The position numbers and the translations under genes are program-made. Below, in pieces: positions 56,230 through 64,000 of a stretch of DNA of 64,000 nt. This stretch comes from an uncultured virus (IMG/VR IMGVR_UViG_3300021959_000013) (Duplodnaviria; Heunggongvirae; Uroviricota; Caudoviricetes): IMG/VR virus record IMGVR_UViG_3300021959_000013; one strand, written 5' to 3'. The notes beneath the pieces were generated by a model. That model did no database searches, had not been told where the DNA came from, and was given only the letters and a program-made list of their open reading frames with translations. How positions within the stretch are numbered: position 1 is the stretch's first letter; the number at the start of each line of letters is the position of its first letter.

Positions 56230-57716
56230 TGGCTAATTTAACAAGAATAAAAATATTAACTACGGGCTCAACAACCACTGCTCCGGCTAATATCAAAACA
56301 GGTGAGCTGGCATACTCTTATGTAACCGGTACTCAAGCAAATAACGGTGATAGACTTTATGTAGGTACAGGCGCAGAATCAGGTGGGGTTGCATCTTCTG
56401 TAGACCTAATAGGCGGTAAGTATTTTACATCATTATTAGACCATGTTCATGGAACAACAACAGCCAGTAGCGCTTTAATTGTTGATGCTAATAAGCATGT
56501 ATCTGATTTAAATATCGGAAGTTTAGCACTTGAAGCTTCAGGTGGTTCTGGACAAGTTGTAACAAGTATTGTTACTTCAATGCCAGGTTCTCCAACTGAT
56601 GCTCAGTTAATTACAGCACAAGGTGTTAAAGAATTTGTTGATACATTAGACTTATCAGTTTCTGGTGATAGTGGTTCAATTGCAGTAGATTTGTTTACTG
56701 GTGCTGCTTCTAACGAAGAAACATTAGGTATTATAGGTACTGCTAACGAAATTGAAACTGCAGCATCAGGTAATAATGTCCAAATAGGTTTACCGAATAA
56801 TGTAACAATTACTGGTGAATTAGATGTTGCAACTTTAGATGTCGCTACATCAGCCGCAATCGCATCTGCTACAATCGAAGATTTAACAAACAATAGAGTT
56901 GTTATAGCAGGTACTGGTGGAGAACTTGAAGATGACGCTAACTTTACTTTTGACGGTACAAGTTTAAATGTTGGTGGAGCAAACTTCTCAGTTGCTCATG
57001 CATCTGGTAATACAGTTGTTGGTGGAACATTACAAGTAAACGGAAATGTTACTTTAGGCAATCAATCATCTGATACAGTTCAAACACAAGGTAATTTAAC
57101 AGTTGGTGGAAACTTAACTGTACAAGGAACAACAACATCAGTTAACTCAACAGAAACAACATTAACTGACCCAATGATAGAATTGGCTAAAGATACATCA
57201 TCAGCCGATGGTCTAGACAGAGGAGTAAGATTTAAATGGCATAATGGTTCAGCAGTTAAAGATGGTTTCTTTGGTTTTGATATACAAACACAAAGATTCT
57301 CATTTACTCCAGATGAAGATTTAAGTGGAGGCGACGATGCTTCATCACCTTGGGGTGACTTAAACATTGGAGACATTTATGGTACTGGTGCTACACTCGA
57401 CAATGTAAGAGTCGGTGTTACTGCAGCAGGAGAAATAGATACAAGTTCAGGCAATTTAACTCTTGACTCAGCTGGTGGTACAGTTGTTGTTGATGATAAT
57501 TTAAATGTCACTGGAACAGTTACGTTAACAAATGATTTGGCAGTTACCGAGGGTGGTACTGGAGTTTCAGCATTTACAGACAATGGTGTATTATATGGAG
57601 ATGGGACTAACGCTTTAGACGTTACAGCAGCTTCAAGTGCAAATGGTTCTATATTACAAGCTAACTCTGGAGCAGCTCCTGCGTTCTCTAATATCATTGA
57701 TGGCGGAACATATTAA
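56229..57716 (+). CDS. Tail fibre-like structural protein (GTG start)
   Basis: N-terminal AP..L..GELAY...RLYVG module; GNLTV.GTTT repeats; ends DGGTY. Confidence 0.8.
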   Translation: MANLTRIKILTTGSTTTAPANIKTGELAYSYVTGTQANNGDRLYVGTGAESGGVASSVDLIGGKYFTSLLDHVHGTTTASSALIVDANKHVSDLNIGSLALEASGGSGQVVTSIVTSMPGSPTDAQLITAQGVKEFVDTLDLSVSGDSGSIAVDLFTGAASNEETLGIIGTANEIETAASGNNVQIGLPNNVTITGELDVATLDVATSAAIASATIEDLTNNRVVIAGTGGELEDDANFTFDGTSLNVGGANFSVAHASGNTVVGGTLQVNGNVTLGNQSSDTVQTQGNLTVGGNLTVQGTTTSVNSTETTLTDPMIELAKDTSSADGLDRGVRFKWHNGSAVKDGFFGFDIQTQRFSFTPDEDLSGGDDASSPWGDLNIGDIYGTGATLDNVRVGVTAAGEIDTSSGNLTLDSAGGTVVVDDNLNVTGTVTLTNDLAVTEGGTGVSAFTDNGVLYGDGTNALDVTAASSANGSILQANSGAAPAFSNIIDGGTY

Positions 57717-57724
57717 TATAAATA
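57717..57724 (+). promoter_or_regulatory. T4-type late promoter
   Basis: TATAAATA after the stop codon. Confidence 0.7.
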
Positions 57725-57780
57725 TATTATAATATAGTTTATAAACTTCCTTATATAAGGATTGAAAAAAGGAGCCAAAA

Positions 57781-60700
57781 TTGGCAAGAAATACGAACAT
57801 TAAGTTAAGGCGTTCGGCAACAGCCGCTGCTATTCCAACAACAAGTAATTTAGACCTAGGTGAGTTAGCGCTTAATACTAACGACGGTAAGTTATATATG
57901 AAAACTACCGAGGGTAGTTTAGATAGCGTTATTCAGGTCGGCTCCGCAACAGATACTTATTTTAAAATAAGAAAAACTGTCAATCAAAATTTTACTGTCA
58001 CAGTTGCTTCAAAAACTACAGACCACGTTTATAATGGCTTAGGTTCAAGCAGTGGTTATATTATTAATGGTATTGAATCACCTCATTTAAATTTTGTACC
58101 AGGTAATTCATATCAATTTGACCAATCAGACGGCTCAAACTCAGGCCATCCTTTAAGATTCTATTACGATGCTGCAAAAACGACAGCATATACAGCAGGC
58201 GTAACAACAAACGGAACTGCTGGTAGTTCAGGAGCATATACAAAAATTGTTCCAACTAAAGATACTCCAATGGTTCTTTATTACCAATGTACTGCTCATG
58301 GATATATGGGTGGTTCAGTCAGTTTTGCTACAAGAAATTTAACTGGATTTGATACTGATGAACTAGGAGAAGGTTCAAGTAATTTATACTTCACGAACGC
58401 ACGAGCGCGCGGAGCAATATCAGTTACAGATTCTGGTGGAGATGGTTCTCTTGCTTATAATAGTTCAACAGGTGTTATAACTTATACAGGGCCAAGTGCA
58501 TCGGAAGTAAGAGCTCATTTTTCTGCAGGAACTGGTATAGGAATATCAGGTGGTACAATATCCACATCAATAACACAATATACAGATGCTCTTGCAAGGG
58601 CAGCAATATCAGTCACTGATTCCGGTGGAGATGGAAGTTTAGCATACAATAATTCAACTGGTGTTATAACATATACCGGTCCTTCTGCCGCTGAGGTAAG
58701 AGCTCATTTATCAGCTGGAACTGGTGTAACATATTCAGGTGGTCAAATAAGTATTGGCCAGGCAGTTGCAACAACTTCAAATGTACAATTTAATAACGTA
58801 CAGGTAGATGGAACATTAACATCAGACGATATCACATCAACAAATATAGCTGCTACTGGTAATTTAACTGTATCTGGTAATTTAACAGTTAATGGAACTA
58901 CTACAACTTTAAATACTGCAACGCTTGATGTTGAAGATAAAAATATAACTCTGAATAAAGGTTCAGGAGATACATCAGGTTCAGCAAATGGTGCTGGTAT
59001 TACAATACAAGATGCCGTTAATAGTTCAACAGATGCCACTATATTATGGAATACAACTAGCGATGCATTTGATTTTTCACACCCATTAACAATTACAAGT
59101 ACAACAACTAATGATACTTTATTATTAACAACAACTGAAGCTTCAAGTTCTGCAGCTCCAGTATTAACCTTTAAAAGAAATTCTGGTTCACCGGCTGATG
59201 CAGATTATTTAGGACAACTTAAATTCAAAGGTGAAAACGATGCTGACCAAGAAGTTGTATATGCAAAAGTCACAGCTAAAATACAAGACGCTTCTGATGG
59301 AAGTGAAGATGGTTTATTAGAATTTGCAAATAGAAAAGCTGGTTCAAATGTTATTACAGCTAGATTGCGTTCTGATTCATTACAATTATTAAATGGTACG
59401 AGCCTAGTAGTTGCAGGATTAACTTACCCGACAAGTGATGGCACAAGTGGCCAGGCTCTCGTAACTGATGGTTCAGGTAATTTATCATTTAGTACAATAT
59501 CTAGCGGTGGTGGAACAGTTACTGAAGCATTTAAAAATATTGCTGTAAGTGGTCAAACAAATATTGTTGCTGACGCGGCGACAGATACACTTACATTTGC
59601 AGCAGGTTCTGGTATTCAATTAACAACTACTCCAGGAACTGATACTCTTACAATTACATCAACAGCTACAGGTTCGGTTACTGAAGCATTTAAAACTATT
59701 GCAGTTTCAGGCCAAACAAACATAGTTGCTGACTCAGCTACAGACACACTTACATTAGCTGCTGGTAGTAATATGACTATTACTCAGGATGCTAGTACAG
59801 ATACAATTACATTCGCTTCATCAGGTGGTGGTGGCGGTCAAAGTGCATTATATAAAGAATATGTATATACACCAGGAAGTAATACAACAACCTTTAGTGG
59901 TAGTGATGCAAACGGAAGTACATTATCATATACAGTTGGTTATATAAGCGTATATTTAAATGGTGTATTATTAAAACCTACAACTGACTATACAGCAACA
60001 AATGGAACTTCTGTAGTATTAGTTAATACTGCGGTAAGCGGTGATGTAATACAAATTGCCACATTCGTACAAATTGTAGGCTCTGGTGATTCAGCAATAA
60101 CTGCAGTAACATATAGTGGTTCAGGTACTATAACACTTAGTGCTAATCCAAATCATGAAAACAATACACAACTTTACATCGATGGTGTTTATCAAAATAA
60201 AGATACTTATTCAGTCAGTGGTACAACATTAACATTTTCTACTACACCACCAGCCGGGGCATTAGTTGAAGTTGTTATTGGAAGCAGAAATGTAACTGTC
60301 GATGATGTAGAAGGATTAACAGTCAATGGTGATTTAACTGTTGATACAGATGTATTGTATGTAGATTCTACAAATAATAAAGTTGGTATAGGAACGACTA
60401 ATCCAGGAGAACTATTAGAAGTTAATAGTGATGGCTCTGATGCTGATGGTGCAGTATTACTCTTAAAGCATGCAAACAATAATACTACTGATGTAATTTC
60501 TACAATAAAATTTGCAAATAATGCAGGTTCAGTAGCTAATATTCAAGCTGGAACTTTAGGTTCTAACAGCACTGGATATATTACTTTTAATACAGATATT
60601 ACTAATACTTCAGCTGAAAGAATGCGAATTCATAGTAATGGTTATGTTGGTATCGGAACGGCTTCACCAACTGCTACTTTAACAGTTGGCGCTTTATCTA

Positions 60701-62046
60701 GCGGTCAAACAGGTAATGTAGTTATTAATAACGAAGGCGGTAATATAGCAACCTTAGAAGTTTTATCAAGAACGAATAGGTCAGTTTTAAAAATAGCTGA
60801 TAATGACACTATTGGTTATATGAGTGCTGAAAATGGCTTATTAAGTATAGGTAGAAATTCAGGACTTAATGCAGCTAACATTAATATTGATAGTTCAAAC
60901 AGGGTGGGTATAGGTACAACTTCGCCTGCGGTTGGTTTAGATGTTGGTTCTAAAACAGATGCAATAAGAGTTCCAAATGGAACAACAGGTCAAAGACCAA
61001 CTGCAGCTTTAGGACAATTAAGATATAATACAACAACATCAGAATTTGAAGGATATGCTGCTGGTGCATGGGGTAAAATAGGCGGTGGCGGAGATTCATT
61101 CGGAACCATTGCTGTTGCAGGCCAAACAAATATAGTTGCAGAACAAGAAAATGATACACTTACAATAGTAGGGGCAGGTGGTATTACAGCCACAACAACT
61201 GCAGGGACAGATACACTTACATTAACTGGCCAAACTTCAGTCAATCCATTTACAACAGATTTCTTTACAACTGCAAATAATTCAACCACAGCATTTACCT
61301 TAAGTGTTACGCCACCAAGTGAAGATAACTTAATAGTATTTATGGAAGGTGTATATCAAAATAAAAATTCATATACATTAAGTGGTACAACATTAACATT
61401 AGATGCAGCTCCAGCTTCTGGTACAGAAGTAGTAGTTCATATAATACAAAATGGTGTTGTAGGAGCTGGACATGTTGTTGATGAATTTACTGGAAATGGT
61501 AGCACAGCAGCTTATACATTATCAGTTACTCCTTTAAATGAAAATAATACTTTCGTATATTTAGATGGTGTGTATCAAGAAAAATCAACATATAGCGTAA
61601 GTGGTAACACATTAACATTTCCAGCAAATATAACAAGTGGACATAGTATAGAAGTTATCACACCACAACTTACAGAAATAAATCAACCGGCCGTTGGGTC
61701 GATTGATAATGTTAATATGTTTAGTGGCTTACAAGCTTCAGAGATAACATCAACAACTGTAGCATCGACAAGTGCAACGACAATTGCAACACATGCTGTA
61801 GCTACATATAGGTCAGTTAAATATAATGTACAAATTACCCAAGGCAGTAATTATCATACTACTGAAATAAATGTTTTGCATAATGGTACTACAGCTTATA
61901 TAACAGAATATGGAACAATTTTTAGTGGTTCTTCTTTAGCAACATTTGATGCTACAATTAGTAGTGGTAATTTATTATTACAAATAACTATGGGAAGTGC
62001 AAATTCAGCAACAATTAAGGTAGTTTCAACGGCAATACCTGTATAA
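57781..62046 (+). CDS. Long tail fibre-like protein (TTG start)
   Basis: AAGGAG RBS; LRRS...P....L..GELALNT.DGKLY N-module; duplicated 63-aa block; VGIGT repeats; VYLDGVYQ Ig-like repeats. Confidence 0.85.
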   Translation: MARNTNIKLRRSATAAAIPTTSNLDLGELALNTNDGKLYMKTTEGSLDSVIQVGSATDTYFKIRKTVNQNFTVTVASKTTDHVYNGLGSSSGYIINGIESPHLNFVPGNSYQFDQSDGSNSGHPLRFYYDAAKTTAYTAGVTTNGTAGSSGAYTKIVPTKDTPMVLYYQCTAHGYMGGSVSFATRNLTGFDTDELGEGSSNLYFTNARARGAISVTDSGGDGSLAYNSSTGVITYTGPSASEVRAHFSAGTGIGISGGTISTSITQYTDALARAAISVTDSGGDGSLAYNNSTGVITYTGPSAAEVRAHLSAGTGVTYSGGQISIGQAVATTSNVQFNNVQVDGTLTSDDITSTNIAATGNLTVSGNLTVNGTTTTLNTATLDVEDKNITLNKGSGDTSGSANGAGITIQDAVNSSTDATILWNTTSDAFDFSHPLTITSTTTNDTLLLTTTEASSSAAPVLTFKRNSGSPADADYLGQLKFKGENDADQEVVYAKVTAKIQDASDGSEDGLLEFANRKAGSNVITARLRSDSLQLLNGTSLVVAGLTYPTSDGTSGQALVTDGSGNLSFSTISSGGGTVTEAFKNIAVSGQTNIVADAATDTLTFAAGSGIQLTTTPGTDTLTITSTATGSVTEAFKTIAVSGQTNIVADSATDTLTLAAGSNMTITQDASTDTITFASSGGGGGQSALYKEYVYTPGSNTTTFSGSDANGSTLSYTVGYISVYLNGVLLKPTTDYTATNGTSVVLVNTAVSGDVIQIATFVQIVGSGDSAITAVTYSGSGTITLSANPNHENNTQLYIDGVYQNKDTYSVSGTTLTFSTTPPAGALVEVVIGSRNVTVDDVEGLTVNGDLTVDTDVLYVDSTNNKVGIGTTNPGELLEVNSDGSDADGAVLLLKHANNNTTDVISTIKFANNAGSVANIQAGTLGSNSTGYITFNTDITNTSAERMRIHSNGYVGIGTASPTATLTVGALSSGQTGNVVINNEGGNIATLEVLSRTNRSVLKIADNDTIGYMSAENGLLSIGRNSGLNAANINIDSSNRVGIGTTSPAVGLDVGSKTDAIRVPNGTTGQRPTAALGQLRYNTTTSEFEGYAAGAWGKIGGGGDSFGTIAVAGQTNIVAEQENDTLTIVGAGGITATTTAGTDTLTLTGQTSVNPFTTDFFTTANNSTTAFTLSVTPPSEDNLIVFMEGVYQNKNSYTLSGTTLTLDAAPASGTEVVVHIIQNGVVGAGHVVDEFTGNGSTAAYTLSVTPLNENNTFVYLDGVYQEKSTYSVSGNTLTFPANITSGHSIEVITPQLTEINQPAVGSIDNVNMFSGLQASEITSTTVASTSATTIATHAVATYRSVKYNVQITQGSNYHTTEINVLHNGTTAYITEYGTIFSGSSLATFDATISSGNLLLQITMGSANSATIKVVSTAIPV
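58414..58730 (+). repeat. Internal duplication with 189-nt period in the fibre gene
   Basis: AISVTDSGGDGSLAYN.STGVITYTGPSA.EVRAH.SAGTG occurs twice (58414 and 58603). Confidence 0.85.
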
Positions 62047-62049
62047 ATA
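62042..62049 (+). promoter_or_regulatory. T4-type late promoter
   Basis: TATAAATA overlapping the stop of the preceding gene. Confidence 0.7.
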
Positions 62050-62081
62050 GAATAATAAAACGATGGAGAGTGAAATCGTAA

Positions 62082-64000
62082 ATGGCAAATAAAAATTTCG
62101 AAATAAAAAACGGTTTAACAGTAGCAGGTACTGAGCGTATCACTGCGGCTGGTGCCGGTTCATTAACAAACCTTACATTAAGTGGAAACTTAACTGTTCA
62201 AGGTACTACTGTCACACTAGATGCTAGCACTTTACAAGTAGCAGATAAAAATATCGTTTTAAATTACCACGCATCTAATGATACCTCAAGTGCTGCCAAT
62301 GGCGCAGGTATTACAATTCAAGACGCAGTTGATGGGTCAAATGACGCAACATTAACATGGGATACCAGTCTTGATAAATTTGATTTATCGCATGGTTTAC
62401 ACATAGGTGATTCAGCCGCAATAGGAACTACAACAACTCCAGCTTTACAAATAGGTGGAACAACAACATATCGTTTAGGATTATATACATCCGCTGAAGG
62501 TGGTGTTATTGAAAATAAAAATGGCGATGATGGTTTACAATTTAAAGTAAAAACTGCTGGTGAATCTATGAGAATAGATGGCGGAACAGGCAACGTTGGT
62601 ATCGGAACAGCTTCTCCAGCTGCTAAACTTCATGTAGCAAATGCAGCAACAGAAGAATATATTTTTGAAACTACAAGCAACAACACAAGGTCACAAGTAG
62701 AAGTTAAGTCAAAAGATAGTTCAGGTAATGCTGTTCAAACAAGATTATCTAGTATGGGTGACGGTGCTTATGGAATGCTTTATACGCTTACGAATCATAA
62801 TTTAACCTTTGGTACAAACAATGCTGCTCCTCAAATGAATTTAGATACTTCAGGAAAACTTGGGATTTCAACTACCGCTTCATTAAGTGGGAGTGATTAT
62901 GGAATGCTTACCATTAAAAAGACTGGTAGTAATATATTTGGTGACAGTGCTATTACAATAAATTCAGCAGACACAAACCAATCAACACTTGCATTAGGAT
63001 TAACTAGTTCTCTTGCATATGTTGATTCTACAGAAAGCGGAAGTGGTACTGTATTACCTTTAGTATTTGCCACAGGTTCCGCCGAAAGAATGCGTATTAG
63101 TCCTTCCGGTGGTGTAGAAATAGGAGATGGAACAAACTATGGATATGTAAAAGTCATAAATGATAGTGCAGTTGTACAATACTTAGATAGGCGTGGGTCA
63201 GATGGAGTTGTATTAGAAATTAGACATGCTGATTCAAAGGATGGTCAAATAAATACTCTATCTGGAAGAATGGCAGTAGGGTCTGGTGATACAGGAATAT
63301 TCTTTGATAGTACGAGAGATTGTCTTTCTCCTTTTAGTATGACATCTAATGATGGTAGAGGAGACCTTATTGATATAGGCAGAACTGGTGTAAAATTTAG
63401 GGACCTCCACCTATCAGGAACAGGGTACTTTGGAACCAGTGTACAAATAGCTGATTCTGCCAAGTTGGTAACTAAAACAACTAATGGTGAAGTAATAAGA
63501 TTTGAAAGAGCAGGTGATTCGCTCAGATATTCTTCAATCCATGCAAATAGTACAGATGCTGGAGGTGCTTTTATACAATTTAAAGTACATACAGGAGCTA
63601 GTGCTACTTCACTAGCTGATGTAATGACTCTAAAGGGTAGTGGAAATGTTGGAATTGGCACAACGACTGCAGCAGACCGCCTTCACATATCTGGTGGTAA
63701 TATATTACTAGAAAATGCTTTAGAACTTAGATCGAAAGATACTGGCGGAAGTGTTAGAACAATTACAAGAGTAAATAGCTCTAACGAATTAGAGTATGGT
63801 TGGTCAGGTGCTGGCCCAGTTAAATTCATGGGTGGTGGTTCATATACCGAGCGCATGAGAATACACACAAATGGAAATATTGGTATTGGAACAAATGCTC
63901 CTGTATCTGAATTAGACATTTTTAATTCAACAAGTCCAACTATAAGTTTAGGCTACAATGGTGGTGGTGGAAATGGTGGAACTATAGATTGGAACTTAAA
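62082..64000 (+). CDS. Tail fibre-like protein, 3' truncated by the window
   Basis: ATG 62082 MANKNFEIKNGLTVAGTERI..., open to the window end; repeated ERMRI..GNVGIGT units. Confidence 0.85.
   Translation, partial: MANKNFEIKNGLTVAGTERITAAGAGSLTNLTLSGNLTVQGTTVTLDASTLQVADKNIVLNYHASNDTSSAANGAGITIQDAVDGSNDATLTWDTSLDKFDLSHGLHIGDSAAIGTTTTPALQIGGTTTYRLGLYTSAEGGVIENKNGDDGLQFKVKTAGESMRIDGGTGNVGIGTASPAAKLHVANAATEEYIFETTSNNTRSQVEVKSKDSSGNAVQTRLSSMGDGAYGMLYTLTNHNLTFGTNNAAPQMNLDTSGKLGISTTASLSGSDYGMLTIKKTGSNIFGDSAITINSADTNQSTLALGLTSSLAYVDSTESGSGTVLPLVFATGSAERMRISPSGGVEIGDGTNYGYVKVINDSAVVQYLDRRGSDGVVLEIRHADSKDGQINTLSGRMAVGSGDTGIFFDSTRDCLSPFSMTSNDGRGDLIDIGRTGVKFRDLHLSGTGYFGTSVQIADSAKLVTKTTNGEVIRFERAGDSLRYSSIHANSTDAGGAFIQFKVHTGASATSLADVMTLKGSGNVGIGTTTAADRLHISGGNILLENALELRSKDTGGSVRTITRVNSSNELEYGWSGAGPVKFMGGGSYTERMRIHTNGNIGIGTNAPVSELDIFNSTSPTISLGYNGGGGNGGTIDWNL

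Noticed and set aside
56229..62046. Diversity-generating retroelement (Mtd-like N-terminal modules)
   Set aside because: No reverse transcriptase and no TR/VR pair differing only at adenines; the internal repeats differ mainly at synonymous positions.
1..64000. tRNA, rRNA or CRISPR arrays
   Set aside because: No cloverleaf or T-loop signature and no regularly spaced repeat-spacer array seen by eye; the repeated ~40-nt motif is a dispersed promoter. A tRNAscan run would be needed to exclude tRNAs fully.
1..64000. Alternative genetic code or stop-codon reassignment
   Set aside because: Core genes are full length under the standard code and use TAA, TAG and TGA stops.

Overview
A 64-kb segment of an AT-rich, probably aquatic or marine T4-like myovirus genome; the host cannot be fixed from this window. 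From 1 to about 14.8 kb it carries nucleotide-metabolism and replication accessory genes (nrdA, nrdB, glutaredoxin, RNase H, nucleases, a c-type cytochrome, a lysozyme). From about 14.8 to 22.5 kb lies one apparent late operon: two small membrane paralogs, curli-type CsgF and CsgG, two curlin-like beta-solenoid proteins, a FecR-domain protein, IscU, IscA, a CHASE2 class III adenylate cyclase, and an exported protein overprinted on the cyclase. From 22.5 to 29.7 kb are small early genes, a peroxiredoxin and gp33/gp59/gp32. From 29.7 to 64 kb is the T4-type tail and baseplate module (tape measure, gp51, 26, 54, 2, 4, 48, 53, hub, a short gp5, 25, 6, 7, 8, DUF4815-like), followed by several long fibre genes, the last truncated by the window. 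Nine conserved sigma70-type early promoters (TTTACA-N17-TATAAT) and many T4 late promoters (TATAAATA) are visible. The main candidates for novelty are: (1) a phage-encoded curli-pore/FecR/CHASE2-cyclase trans-envelope signalling module; (2) a structured non-coding hairpin at 26074-26131 whose loop is complementary to the RBS of the phage's own leadered early genes, while most other early promoters give near-leaderless mRNAs; (3) a probable -1 frameshift fusing gp26 to gp51; (4) a secreted gene overprinted on the cyclase. All family calls come from motif recognition by eye, not database searches.
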